NCBI RefSeq assembly: GCF_009914755.1 | Contig: NC_060945.1 | Origin: the human T2T-CHM13v2.0 reference genome, Homo sapiens | Direction: 5' to 3' (one strand) | Length of the DNA: 64,000 nt | In this document: piece after piece, positions 48,901-63,577 of the stretch | How positions within the stretch are numbered: the first letter of the stretch is position 1 | Layout of the letters: every line of letters starts with the position of its first letter | Notes under the pieces: model-generated | The model's database searches: none | What the model was told of the DNA's origin: nothing | Seen by the model: only the letters and a program-made list of their open reading frames with translations | Translations under genes and position numbers: made by a program

Positions 48901-51609
48901 TCGATGGGAGCTGTCTTTTCACAGGATGGTTCACTTAAGTAAACGGTCAACTGGCAGCACTGAGAACATAGTATGTTAATTTGCTGATATAGAGTCAGCA
49001 TTGGTTATCATACATGAATGAATGAGAGTTCATTTTCTATCCCGAATTATAAATTAGGTAGAATATATATAACCAACACCCTTTTCTGACCTGTACAAAT
49101 GCAACTTCAGACAAGAAGTATTTCAATGCGATTCTGTGATTGTGTCCCCAATAAGTGTAGATGTTATCTTCTTTTAGCTTTTGGAAAAGGTAAACTTGCA
49201 GGCTGGGTTTTGGATAGCACACTGGGCCAGATGGGTTGGGTTTGTTCTGCTAGGAGCTGCTTTACCTGAGGCGACGGTGCCCAGCAGGTGCCTGTGTGGC
49301 CCCTGATCATTCTTTCTTGGCACAGGTATTTACCTGAGTTTCCAGGGAGCTCTGGGCAATAATATTCCTCCCTGCAATTGGGATTCAGCTCAGTAACCTA
49401 CATCTTGCCAGTGATGTGTGTTTTTCAGGCCTGTAGGGGGGAAGGGAGTGCTGATTGATGCTCAGTCATGTATTGGGAAAACCTAAGTGATACTATTAAT
49501 ATTAGTGTCAACACAGGTAGCCAGACAACAAGACATATGAGGGGCCTGGGGCATAAAGGCAACTGTGCCTGAGTAACAAATCGTTAGCTCCTAGTACAAG
49601 TTCCAGTGACTTTCCTCAGGCCGGGTGTCAGGAAAATGGAGAGGTAATGTTTTTTCCATCAGGGCCGCTCTCTTTGGCACATACATCTTTTGATGCATTT
49701 AATTTGGAGCTGGAAGGGACGATGATGCAACAGGTTTCCTTTAGAAGGACCAGTCTCTGAGTGAAAGGTGGCAGTGGAAGGGAGTGATTGTTGGGCTGTG
49801 GGGTGGCTGGCTGAGGGGCTCGCTCCCACCCCAGCTCCAAGCACGGACAGCCAATAGCACATTTAAGCCAACCATGATTTCCACAGCCCTTCCGTGGTTA
49901 TCTTTGTCTATCAAGTGTGTTTCTATCAGACAAGCCAAAGTGTTCAGGTCTGGCGTTGTGGGGAGGGTATAAGCTGGGAGGAGATTCAGAATAGGGTCAT
50001 GCCACATAATTCTCTTCAAAATACATCTAGTATGAATGAGGAGGAAGGGGAATGTGAGGTGCATTTGGATACCTGAGTGGAGAATGACGTTTTGGAGCTC
50101 GGAGTGGATGCTTCTTGATGTTTGTAGTGTTCTTTTTGAATATACACAGGGAGAGAAACTTAAGAGTTTTCTGCTACTGAAACATGTACCCAGCTAAATA
50201 ATCAATCGGTGGAAAAAGAACAGTGACCCTCGAGGTGCTGAGCCCTGGGGACTGGTAACGTAGTCTCGTGTTTCTTATTTCCTGAAGGGTTTGTCGTCTT
50301 CTAGGGGAGCCGGGCACCTCATCAGAGAGCACCAAGGCCCTTAAGAAACAAATCAGGACTCTAGGAAGTTGAATTATCTTTGGCTGGGCTAGAAACTAAT
50401 GAGGGTTATTAAATAACTGGATCTTTCTACTCATCATGGGGGGACTTTAGGACAAAGTCCTAAAGAAGAAGTCTATCTTTGATTATGACCAAAGAAGGAC
50501 TTTGCCGTCATGGGCCCAGGCACGGCCTCCACGTTGCCCATTTGGAGAGCCTGGATGCAGGATGTACCATGGGCCGTGTTTCCTGGGAAGCACTTAGAGG
50601 AGGAATGAGCAAAATGGGCCACAGTGGAAAGGCTGGGCCTGGGGACACAGCCGTTCCCTTCCATTTCCTTGGTCCAGAGAAGACATAGACCTTGTTGTGG
50701 TCAACTGGCCACTTGAGAGCTGCCAGAATAGTGAAGCTACAGCTTGTAGAAGCAGTCAGGGTGACGCTGGTACAGAGGTTCCTTTTAAGAACTTCCCCAG
50801 ACCAGGCCCCGTAGCCCTGCAGCCCTGCCAGGCCTATGTCACCAGGTTCGTGCTGTGTGGGGTGATGAGGACCTCTGAATTCCGAATGCCTTGGTCCAAG
50901 GTGTGAAAACAATGCAGTCGTGCCTTCTTTTCTCAAAACTTTCTCCATTCTGCAATAAGCCTTAGTTCCTTATAGAGCCCAGGAGAGACAGCTGAGAGCT
51001 ATTCAGAGTCCCGTCTCAGTTTTCCTTTCATCCTCCTCTCCGCATGCCTCAGTATGACTCCAATTTGTCAGAGCCTCCTGAGCTGCTGCCGCATGTTTTG
51101 CGCACACAGGCCTCCCAGGCCCAGAGCTGGGGCCCAGCAGGGCTCCTGCCCGAGAAGCTGGCTTGTTAGAGTTCAGGGTTGTTGACTACAGATTGCACTA
51201 TTTTGCAGAAACCCCGCATGAAGCTCAGGTCCTGAAAAGCCTGTAGATTAGACTGAAAGATCCCAAGCTGTGAGCCAGCCTGAAGCAAACACTTTTCCGA
51301 TCGTGGTTGCTGAAGAGCTAGTTGGGTCAGAAAAATGGCCTATCCATGGAGATGCGGCAGGCACAACAGCAACTAAAGCTCCTGCTTTGTCTTAATAGAT
51401 CGCAGAACAGGATAGTTTTGGTTTTGTGAACAGGACGGCAACTGCTGACCACATACACTCGCTCTCTGCTCATGCTGCATCCTCCTCTGCTGAAACTGGT
51501 GATCTGTTAACACTCGGCAATTTCAGGAGGACTTAACTAATGGATGACTGTTGACTACACACAGGCTAGTCCAGCATTTCTAGGTCCTCAATAAACAGTT
51601 ACTCATTAA

Positions 51610-52002
<393 letters not shown>

Positions 52003-52009
52003 TTTAAAA

Positions 52010-52305
52010 ATTTTTTTTGAGACATGGTCTTGCTTTGTTGCCCAGGCTGGATCGCAGTGGCACGATCATAGCTCACTGTAACCTCGTACTCCTGGGCTCA
52101 AGGGATCCTCCTGCCTCAGCCTTCCGGAGAGCTAGGACTACGGGCACTTGCTGCCATGCCTAGCTAATTTTAAACATTTTTTTTTTGTAGGAATGGGGGT
52201 CTCACTATTTGCCCAGGCTGTTCTTAAACTCTTGGCCTGAAGCGATTCTCCCACATGGGCCTCCCAAAGCATTGGGATTATAAGCATGAGCCACTGCACC
52301 TGACC
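52010..52305 (-). mobile_element. AluJ
   Basis: Diverged antisense Alu. TCCTTTGCT brackets the pair. Confidence 0.92.
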
Positions 52306-53829
52306 CCTACTTCCTTTGCTGTTAATCCCAATCAGTTATGACAAAAATATGATTAGATCACTATAGATGAATATACAACCTAAAAATAACATCACGTTTT
52401 GGGTCATTTAGAAAAGTTAAATAATTTCATATCAAACTGCCTTTCCACGCCTTTGTGATCGGCGGCACTTTGTTTTCTTCAGGGGCCCATTGCTTAAATA
52501 TGCCCCCAGGACGGGGAAATTTGATGTGCCAGGGTTGGCCCACAGGTCACTGATGAGGCCCTTGGGAAGTTCAGATTTATGGTCTTCACCTCTAGACATC
52601 AGGACTCAGAGGGCTGAGGAGGTGTTTAAGCAGCTCTGCTTTTTAGGACAACTCAATGTGGCTAGGCTTAAGGGTTATTGGTTACCTTATAGCAAGAGGG
52701 GAATCAGGAGTTTTGGAAAGGGAAGAGTGGCAGGTCCCCAAGCACCAATCTGCCTCTTCCATAACTTCACCCTGCGCGATGGGTACTCAGCAATTCTGCT
52801 TTGCCCAGCATCCTGAGGCCTTCATAATGGCCTGTGCTTGCCCACCTGGAGTGGGTTCTACTGGGGTTGGTAGTGCCATGCTCTTTCTCCCTCTGCCGGG
52901 AGTCAGCTGTATTTCCGCAAGTAGAGGAGTGTCTGGACACTGAATCCGGAGTCTGGGAAGGCACCCAGCTCAGGGCGGTGTATGGCGTTAGGAGGAGCAG
53001 CAGGTTTCCAGGTTACTTGTGCCCCCATCTTCAATGTCACAACTCTCAATCTCTCTTCCCTGAGTTGTACACATCTGTGTCTACATCTCAAGGCTGCCGT
53101 GGGTCTCTGAATACGTCATCTTTGTCATGAATCACCCAGCTCAATTTTAATAACATCCAACAGTTAGTAAAACAGGAAACTAGAACTTTAATATTTTAGG
53201 AAATGGCAGAATTTGCTGCTGCACCAGCCTCCCATAACTCCTGCCCCTTTGGCATCCTTTCAGTTAAGGTCCAGCATGCCAAAGGCACACACTGCCACGG
53301 AGATGAGCAAGACAAGATGCAGTGGTGAAACCTTTTTTTCAAACCGTTAGTTATCCCCTGATGCTTTCAGTGCTGGGAATCCTTTGAAAATTTCAGAAAA
53401 GTGGGGGCATGTCTCAGGAGCAGTGTCATGGGGGACAGGCTGGGGCTGGAGTTTTGACCACCAAAGGCCAGACACTGTGGCCAGGAGCTACAGGCACAAT
53501 GGCTGACTTAGGCCAGGTCCTCAGGGGGACGCTGGGTTGTAGACAATGGGAAGAGGCACCAGTTCCTAGACCTCTTGGTCCCCAGGCTGCCTGGAGCTCC
53601 CCCTTTTGCTCATCTCCACCTCTAAGCACCCTCTCCTGCCAATTTCTTCCCTGAACATGAGACTTCCTGCTCAAGAGATGGGGCAGTCCTTGTTCTTGCC
53701 ACCACCTGGCAGAAATGGTGGATGTATTTCCGGAATTCTCTATTCCGGTTTTCCTAAAGAATGCTTGCTGAACACGGAGGTGCACCCAGCGCCTATAAAT
53801 ACCGCTGCCTTGGTACCCTGCTGGCGTAG

Positions 53830-53985
53830 CAGCAGCTCTCAGTACAGCCCTGTGCCAGGAACACACTGGGTTCTTGTTAAAATGCACACTCTTGGGCCTC
53901 CGCCAGGCTTGCTGGATCAGAATGTCTGGGAGATAGGGCCAAAGAATCAGTATTTTTATCATTCTCCAGGTGATCTGCTTTGAGG
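53830..53985. mobile_element. MER5-like hAT element
   Basis: CTTGTTAAAATGCAC...ATCAGAATGTCTGGG...GGGCCAAAGAATC...CTCCAGGTGAT. Confidence 0.6.
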
Positions 53986-55704
53986 AATTTTTTTTTTTTT
54001 GTCCCAGTGTGAAAACTCCACAGACATGTATAGCATTGTTTCTAAGGGAGGGTGCTCTCTGATTTCTAGAAGTCTTCCTACAACTGTGCATTTAGAATTA
54101 CTTGTACCTCGTGTCCCTGCTCCACCGGCCTTGCTGCAAAGCACAGAGAAGAGTTTGAGATGCTCACGGTGGTGCCATGATGAATGCCAAGTGAAAGGTC
54201 TTGACACCAAAGACTCCACTGTCCACCTGGCATCCTACCAGGGACACTCTTAATTAACCCTTCCATATTTTAGATGGGTCCTAAAGCACATTGCATTCAA
54301 CATAAATGAAAAAATAGAAACCTAGACTGTAGAGATCTCAATCATGGATTAAATTGTAAGAAGGGTCAGAAGGAAAAAAGAGATTCATTTTCAAAACTGT
54401 CATATACAATATGACAATTTTCTTCTCTGATTATTTCTCTGATGACTGAATCTACAGTTAGAATATGTAGTACTGACATGGTTTTCTAGACAAGAGTTTC
54501 CCTGTTGGTGAAACAGAATGAATTTGGGTGCAACTGCAGCTGAAACACATTAGGGTAAAAGTAATAAGTAAAATTAGAAATTCCTACTAAAATAACCAAT
54601 TACTGGGAAAGGCATGCTTTTTTATTTCAATATGAAGCCAGGGGATTTGCAAATGTTTTTTATTTTGGCGAATATTTAAAACAAAGAATCCTCCTTTTCC
54701 TCTCTTTGTCCTGTGCCTTAACTCACTGTCAGTGCATTTTCCTGGTTGTTTTAGGAAATTCTCTGTCTCTGTCATTTTCAGAAGATGGGCATATAAACAA
54801 CTTGAGACCTGGATCAAGCCTTCCCCACAAATCACCCCCTCATTGAGACAAACAGAAATACATACTTGATAAATTTAGAAAACAGCGATGTTTGCACAAC
54901 CCATCAGTGAAAACAAAAGCAAACGACAGTAGGAATCTCTAGCATATTAGCAGCAGAAGGCACATGTCTTAAAGCACTGCTGACATAGTTCCATCCGCTG
55001 TCCAGTTTTCCCTGTGTTATTGGGAGTCAGCAAATTAAGAGCGTGAGCCAGAGTAATTCTATCCTCAAGACTTACTAGCATTCCATCACATTGTGAATAA
55101 TTTATCATGCCCAGTTACATTATTTAAGATGTTAAGTGCAGCTATTGTGCCCTGGAACCTGAGCTGCCATTCTCAGGACTGGCAGGAAAAAAGTGTTGCA
55201 CACATTTTAATAAGGCAATATTATGAGACAGGCATTGGCCACTCTGGAGGATTAAATGGTTTGTTTGGGATTACATTTCTGAATGAGAACAGGGAAGACT
55301 ATGTTTCTCCCTGATAGGGAAAAGAGACAGATGGGTGATCTATCTGGAGTCAGTTCTTCAATTTTGTCCCCCTGTTCTAGAAACAATGCACGCTCTTTAA
55401 GAAGTTTAGAAATATTTTATATTTTCATAAAAAATCTAGCCAGTAAAGCAAGAACTTCCTTAGGAAAATTGAAACACAAAACAAAACAATGAGTCGTGGT
55501 AATTTGCCTTAGTCAAAACAAATACTGATTCTTGGAATTGGATTGCCCTTTAGGGCCTGAACTTGGAAAACTTCTATATTGTGTGTTACCAGAAATAATG
55601 CAAGAAAGGAAGAGCTTATTTTAACATTTTTGTTCCTCTCCGTACCTTAATTTTATCTTAACAGATGAGTGAAGCTCTCTTTTCAAGTTTGCATTTTACA
55701 GTGA

Positions 55705-55842
<138 letters not shown>

Positions 55843-56022
55843 CAAAGCCTTCCCCAAGCTCCACTGAGCACTTGGCTGACAATTCAAAACACGGCGATGG
55901 CATCCTTCCTTTCCATCCTAAGACTGGCCTGCAGCTTTGCCAACATTACCTGAAGAGGAGATGTCGGAGTCATCAGAACTGATACTTGACAGTGAGAGAA
56001 GGAATCGATTTTCCCAGAGTTC

Positions 56023-57130
56023 AAAGTAGAATGTGACTTTTAAGAGGTTTCATGGTTTTTGTGAATTCCATGAAGTTACTAAGTAAAAGCTGCAAATTCA
56101 TCATAATTTTTCTCAACATTCAACACTCCTACTTGTTAATCCAACAAATGGTAGATAAAAGTCTGTATTCTACCATGCCTTTCAAAAGTTTTTATTATCT
56201 GAAAGCATATGAAGATGATATTTATGTATATTTAATATGTAGGGGTATTATTACATATTATCAGTGAAATACGAGTATAAAAATTAGGGTCAACCAGAAA
56301 TCTGCAATTGACTGTCAAAACTGAGCTCAGTTAAAGTAAGATTCAATTCTAACATGGATGTGCACGTTCCTAAATATCTTATGATTGAATATTTACATGA
56401 AGGCATTCATTTTTATCTGCCCCTTTATCAGACCTATTTGCATCTCCTCAAATGAATTAGATGTGGCCTATGCTTTGCAGAGGATGGACCTCACCTACTC
56501 CGCACACCGTGAAAAAACTGGAAATGGGCATTGTAGTCTTTAATTAATAAAAACACCAAAAATGTGTATTGCCTTTCTTAACTCTTCACTATTCAGTTGG
56601 TCATTTAAAGAATCATAGTATTCGGGAATCAAGCCTTTTCCGAGAAGGAAAACAAGAGCCTTCTGCAAAAATCCATCACATCTTCACAATTATCTTTGCT
56701 GACTGTACATTCACTTCATTTAAAGTTAACATGAATGTTGTTATGAAGAATAAATTGCTGCCTTTCCCCAGTATTTTTCTTTTTCCATGTAGATACAGTC
56801 AGTGAATTTAACTGCCCATTCCACCCCTTCATATTTAACCTAGGGGCAAGACTGTGATTTGACCGTACTCTGAACTGGTTGGTGCAGATTTCTATGCTGG
56901 TTATAATTAGCAACTGCTTTGAGTCCCTCAAGCTCAACCATGCTATTGCTAAAGCAGAATTTGACTTTTAAAATATGTCAGGATTTTAGTGAATTCCTTA
57001 CGGATACTTAGTAATAGATGCAAATTTGTCATGGTGTTTCTAATCACTCACTCCTGCTTGCTAATCCAACAAATGGTAGAGAAGTCTTACACTACCATGA
57101 TGTATAAAATACTTTTATAATCTTAAATCA
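56023..57130 (+). repeat. Diverged ~180-bp direct repeat (56023-56207 and 56951-57130)
   Basis: Shared blocks in the same order: AAAG.AGAAT.TGACTTTTAA, GTGAATTCC, TGCAAATT, CACTCCT.CTTG.TAATCCAACAAATGGTAGA, CTACCATG. Confidence 0.85.
56546..56551 (+). terminator. IGSF5: Polyadenylation signal AATAAA for IGSF5
   Basis: First AATAAA I found after the stop (~700 nt downstream), followed by a GT/T-rich tract. A second AATAAA lies at 56749-56754. Confidence 0.75.
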
Positions 57131-57181
57131 CATTCAGCCCTACCCTGGACCGTCCTATAAACCAGCAACTAACTGAAGGGG

Positions 57182-57535
57182 TGTATTAGTCTGTTCTCAC
57201 ACTGCTAACAAAAACACACCTCAGACTGAATAATTTTATAAAGAAAAAGAGGTTTAATGGACTCATAGTTTCATATGGCTGAGGAGGTCTCACAATTATT
57301 GTGAAAGGCGGAGGAGGAGCAAAGGTACATCTTACATGGAGGCAGGCAAGAGGGAAGTGCCCTTTACAAAACCATCAGCTCTCATGAGACTTATTCACTA
57401 TCATGAGAACAGCCCAGGAAAAACCCACCCCTATAATTCAATTACCTCCCACCATGTCCCTCCCACAACGTGTGGGGATTATGGAAGCTACAATTCACGA
57501 TGAGATTTGGGCGGGGACACAGCCAAACCATATCA
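57182..57535 (-). mobile_element. THE1 (MaLR) solo LTR
   Basis: Minus strand TGATATGGTTTGGCTGTGTCCCC... ending ...CTAATACA. Near-TSD AGGGG/AAGGG. Confidence 0.92.
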
Positions 57536-58549
57536 AAGGGTATTTCCTGGTACCATTTGGAGCCAGGCATGTGTTTTGATTGGCTGATGCTCATACTGTA
57601 TCCATTCTGATTGGTCAGTGCCCATACAATATCTATTCTAATTGGGCAGTGTTCATGCCTTACTGGTTGTCATCTATTTTGAATATCATCTCTGCTTAGA
57701 GGATCCTGAAAAAAAAAAAAAAGGTAATCTCTCCTAGGACCATGTCCCTAACGTGAGAAAATTGGCTGGCTAGATTTTAGGGAGTAGAACTGAAATGCAA
57801 AATTTCAAAAACCCATAAATATTGCTATATCATATTCCCAAGAGTCTTTTCGAGGGAAACAATTGCCAATTCAACTGGATAAAAATGAGACTCATTTATT
57901 ATACTAATTTTTTTATTCCCTGCCAATGTGGTTCTGTCTTTCCACTACCGTCCTTGAATGGCTACAAGGAGAAGAGAAAGACAAGAAGGTTCTTGAATCT
58001 CTTTAGGCAGAGCTAAATGGGTGAATGCCATACTCTTCACTTAATAGTTTACTCTCCTTAAACAACCACAGAATTCAGATCCTAAGATAAGGCAAATGCC
58101 ATGTTATTTATGCCTTTTGTAACTTTTACAGCACCTGATATACTGTAAATGTTCAGTAAATATTGAAATCAAACAGGTCAATATTAAGAAAGCCTATATA
58201 TTAAATACAAGAAATATTTATCATTTGCTTGCTATAAGAATAATATTTTGTGGCAATTTTGAGAGTCAAGGGGGTTGCATATAAAATATAATTGAAATTT
58301 AAGTTTTGAAATCTGGAGGACAATGGTAAATAATTTCCATAGAAGTTTCTCCAACTTACTACACGCTTGTTGAGTCACACTCAAAATATTTTTTTCATTT
58401 ATCAGATTATGGGATTTTTTTTTTGTGGTGTCACTTATAAATAGGCTCTTCTTACAGAATCTTACTCCAGGAGTAAGGTTTCTCAGAGGGATCCTCTGGC
58501 CAGTTTTTATTTCACATTAGGTAGATGCATTACTTGAATAGAACTATCT

Positions 58550-58755
58550 AGAGCTATACTGTCCAATACTGTAGCCACATGGGGCTATTTAAATTTAAGT
58601 TATTTAAACTAAATAAAATATAAGATTCATTTTATCGGTTGCACTGGTCACATTGCAAGGGTTCAATAGCTACGTGTGACCAGTGGCTACTCTACTGGAC
58701 AATGCGCATGGTAGGTTTCCATTATTGCAGCAAGTTCTGTAGGAGTGCTCATCTA
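58550..58755. mobile_element. MER3-like hAT element
   Basis: CTGTCCAATACTGTAGCCACATG...CAGTGGCTAC...TGGACA. Confidence 0.7.
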
Positions 58756-59400
58756 GAGATAGCTACTTGGAAATGACCTTGATGTGTCATATCATCTTCA
58801 TATGCTTTATCCTTTTACACAAACACACAATCTGTGTTTTCTTCAGCATTATGTCTGTGCACTCAGCCAGTTTCTATTTAGGAATCCTGCAACACCCAAG
58901 GCAGCTCTCAACCGAAAATGGTGTTTTGCTGATGTGGTAAATTCCTATCTCACTTCCACAGTGCAGAGAGCTGTGGCAGGCTCAAGGGGGTGGAATGAGA
59001 GGAGTCAATCAAAGCAAAACTTCATGGTCAAGGTTATTTCTCGGGAAGATGCAGCTCTCTGCTAATGAATGGCCGATGAGGGCTGCAAATTTATTTAAAC
59101 AAATACCCCTCAAAATTTTATGCCATAAAACCCTAACCAGGGAAACCATACCTGCCCATCCCTCCCAGTGGTCTTTTACTTTGGTTTGTCTGTCAGATTC
59201 CAAGCAGGACCCATGCAATCAAGGCTCTTCCATATTACTCAGGGTAAGGACCTAAGTGGTAATGCCAATACCTCGAAGATAACTGGAGAGCTTGAGAGCT
59301 TCCTCTGCTCTGTGTGGCCCTGACCTTGGAAAACTGTTAGGGACACTAAAGTTGGTTGCACGTTCCTAAGAGTTTAATGACATAAAAGGTCAATAGATGA

Positions 59401-59886
<486 letters not shown>

Positions 59887-60399
59887 TCAGGGGAAGGTAG
59901 TATGAGGTGAAGGTCTTGACAGGCAGGTGGTCCAGCAGGCCGGGAGCCATGCCTGTGGGCCTGAGGAACTGTTACCATCCACTGGACCAAGGGAGCAGGG
60001 AGAGGATGATGGGCCGGTGTGGAGAGGGCCTCTGACTGCTGCTGTGGCCACACCATGGAAATATGGCAGAGAGGGAGTCAGAGTGACAGGGTTCTGGCCA
60101 TCCACTCTCTCTTTTCAGTCTCTTGCTTGTGCCTCCCCCTGATCACGCCCAACCAGAGCCAGAGGTCCTGGAGACCATCAGTGTAGTCCGTATGGGTCAG
60201 TCCCCTGGGAGGACTGTGCTGGATACAGAAGGTGGGAAATGGATGTGGAGGGCAGGCAGAGCATTTAGCAAGGAGAAATTGCTGAATGGAGAATATAAAG
60301 GGGATGGGAGGAGAATGAATGATCCATGTAAAGTCAGAAGGAAGGGCCTTTTGCCTGGTAGTGTGCTCCACTGCTTACCTTCCTTAGGGATGAAGCCAT

Positions 60400-61660
60400 T
60401 TACTGAGAAAGGTGTAGGGGCTAAGAGCTCAGCTCACTGAAAGTTTGCTGAAAGTCCTTGATACGTTGCAGATGGGTAGGAGAAAAGGCATACAAATTTA
60501 TTTAATGTGTGTACAAGGGAGCCTTCAGAATGAAGACCCAAAGATGCAGGGGAAATTGTCTGTTTCTATGCTTAGGCTTAACAAAGTATGGACTGCCATG
60601 TAAAAATATGATTGGACAAAAAGGGTAAGATCTAATGCTGATAAACTGAGTGGGGAAATCCAGAATGACCTGTCTGCCTAGATTCTTCTTGGCGTCTCTG
60701 AGTATCATTCCTTCCTGCTGGGTGTGGGCAGGACTCACTCTGGAATGGGAGTCTTTTTTTTTTTTTTTTATTATTATACTTTAAGTTCTAGGGTACATGT
60801 GCACAACGTGCAGGTTTGTTACATATGTATACATGTGCCATGTTGGTGTGCTGCACTCATTAACTCATCATTTACATTAGGTATATCTCCTAATGCTATC
60901 CCTCCCCACTTCCCCCACCCCATGACAGTCCCCGGTGTGTGATGTTCCCCTTCCTGTGTCCAAGTGTTCTCATTGTTCAGTTCCCACCTATGAGTGAGAA
61001 CATGCGGTGTTTGGTTTTTTGTCCCTGTGATAGTTTTCTGAGAATGATGGTTTCCAGCTTCATCCATGTCCCTACAAAGGACATGAACTCGTCCTTTTTT
61101 ATGGCTGCATAGTGTTCCATGGTGTATATGTGCCACATTTTCTTAATCCAGTCTATCATTGATGGAAATTAGGGTTGGTTCCAAGTCTTTGCTGTTGTGA
61201 ATAGTGCCGCAATAAACATACATGTGCATGTGTCTTTATAGCAGCATGATTTATAATCTTTTGGGTATATACCCAGTAATAGGATGGCTGGGTCAAATGG
61301 TATTTCTAGTTCTAGATCCTTGAGGAATGGCCACATTGTCTTCCACAATGGTTGAACCAGTTTACAGTCCCACCAAGAGTGTAAAAGTGTGGAATGGGAG
61401 CCTTATGACCTGCAGTCAAGCAAGATAGGTCCCATAATTTCTTCATGGCCAGTTTTTACATAGAATATGTTTAAGTTTTATGGCTGGCTTTAGAGAAAAG
61501 GAGTTCTGGTTTCTATGGCCTGCCTTGGGAAAGAGGGATTATCGTTTTAGCTCGCCTTGGGAAAGAATGAGACTGAGAGACAAGAGGGCAGGAGAAGGTC
61601 AAATAAAAACTTTTGCTTCTGAGGCCTTCACTTTAGGGTATTGTTTTCTGAGGCCCAACA
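60400..61660 (-). mobile_element. MER39-like ERV1 LTR interrupted by L1PA
   Basis: The minus strand starts TGTTGGGCCTCAGAAAACAATACCCTAAAGTGAAGGCCTCAGAAGCAAAAG. Confidence 0.72.
60754..61389 (-). mobile_element. L1PA (PA5/6-like) 5'-truncated 3' end
   Basis: Poly-T, 3' UTR and ORF2 end (HRMFSLIGGN). TSD TGGAATGGGAG(T/C)CTT. Confidence 0.95.
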
Positions 61661-61802
61661 GAGCATCATTGGGAGGAAAGGAATTCGGCTGCATTGAACT
61701 TGGGTAGCTCCCATCTTTGTTGCCCACTTCCATCTCAGGAGAACAAGGGGATTGGATGATGGGCCCTTGAAGTCCTTTCTGGCACTTATCTTCATAGAGA
61801 TG

Positions 61803-61804
<2 letters not shown>

Positions 61805-61848
<44 letters not shown>
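61805..61848 (+). repeat. (CA)n microsatellite
   Basis: Run of CA units, nearly perfect. Confidence 0.97.
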
Positions 61849-62414
61849 CTCATCCTCACCTGACATGACCCAGCTGTTAGGACTGAGGCTGCGCTGTCTG
61901 AATGCGTGCAAGCATCCCTTGTCCCTGCCGCATTGGGAGGGAACTGTATTTTTGCGGATGGTAAATATTTAATTCTCACCTAGCACAGTGTGTAAATCAT
62001 GCCACATGTGGTGATAGCCTCAGGGAAAACCCACACTCCAACATTTATGAAGCAGATGCTCTGACCTCAAGCCCAGACCTCTACAAAATGCAGAGTGTGG
62101 GGCAGCAGGCTGGGTCCTCGGCTGAAAGCAACCCGATAATTGTCATTCTTCTTTTCTTGGGGGAGCCATGTCATTTATAAAAATACAATGGGATTCTGAA
62201 CCTCAGGACTGGGGGGAGGATTTGTGAGAATTATTGCCCCATCAATGTCTTCAGACTGAGACGTTCGTGCTCTGCCTTCTAAGAATACTGGGTTGACGCA
62301 GTGGGAAATTGATAAGGTTCCAGGAAACTCTATGGAGAAATGTAGTACAGAATGTATTGATTCTGTTTCTCTTCAGAAACCTTAAGAATGTATGCACAGG
62401 GAAGTCAGTTTTGG

Positions 62415-63075
62415 AACAGGAATGTTTACCCAAGGCCTGTACCAACATTGTACCTTGGAAGTAAATAACTTATCTTTGATTTTACAAGCTCATGGGTGGA
62501 AGGCACTTGCCTTGAGTCTCAAATGAGACTTTGGGCTTTTGAGTTAATGCTGGAATGAGTTTAGACTTTGGGGGACTACTGAAAAGGGATGACTGTGTTT
62601 TGCAATGTAAGGACATAGCTTTGGGGGGCCAGGGGTATAATAATATGATCTGGATGTTTGTCTTCCTGACACTCATGTTGAAATGTAATCCCCAGTATCG
62701 GAGGTGGGTTTAGTGGGAGGTGTTTGGGCCATGGGGGTGGATCCCTCATGAATGGCTTGGTGCCTTCCTTGTGGTAATTCTTGAGTGAGTTCTTGCTCTG
62801 AGTTTATGTGAGATCTGGTCTAAAAGTGTGTGGCACCTCCTCCCCCCTCTCTCTTGCTCTCTTTTTCACCATGTGGTGGACTGGCTCCCCCTTCACCTTC
62901 TGCCATTATTGTAAGCTTCCTCAGGCCTCACCAGAAGCTGAAAAGATGCTGGTGTCATGCTTGTACAGCCTGCAGAAGCGTGAGTCAAAATAGGCCTCTT
63001 TTCTTGATAAACCTGAGGCTTTTCTGTATAAGACTCAGGTATTTCTGCGTAGCAATGCAAGAATGGACTAACACA
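62415..63075 (+). mobile_element. MST-type MaLR: internal 3' end with polypurine tract plus 3' LTR (~62641-63075)
   Basis: TTTGGGGGGCCAGGGG polypurine tract, then ...CTCATGTTGAAATGTAATCCCCAG...GGATCCCTCATGAATGGCTTGG...GAATGGACTAACACA. Confidence 0.85.
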
Positions 63076-63139
63076 GCTGTCACCATGGCAGGAGCAGGTG
63101 ATGGAAGAATATGCCCGCCTTCTTGGCTCCTCACAGTTG

Positions 63140-63577
63140 CATGGCATGTGTGCCTGTGTATTTGTGTGCATATGTGTGTATATGTGCATGTTTGGGAGTG
63201 TTCTGCTTATGTTTGTGTGTGGATATGGTGTGTCTGTGTATGTATGCTGTCGTGTATGTGTGTATGCATGCATGTATATATATGCTGTGTGCTGTGTCTG
63301 TTTATATGTCTGTGGTATGATGTGCATTGTGTAAATTTGCATGTGTGTGTGTATAAATATATGGGATGTGTGGCTGAGTGTGTCTATGTATGTGTGTGTA
63401 TATGATACATAGCATATATATGTGTGTATGTACATATATGTATGGTGTGTGTGTCTATATGATTTGTCTATGCATGTGTATGTGTGTTTGTATGTCTCTG
63501 TGTGCGTGCATATATGGTCTGTATATGTGTGTTTGTGGGGATTTGTGTGTTTGCTTGTGTGTGTGTGTCTTTGTGTG
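63140..63577 (+). repeat. Long imperfect (TG)/(TATG)n low-complexity tract
   Basis: About 440 bp of alternating purine-pyrimidine sequence. Confidence 0.95.
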
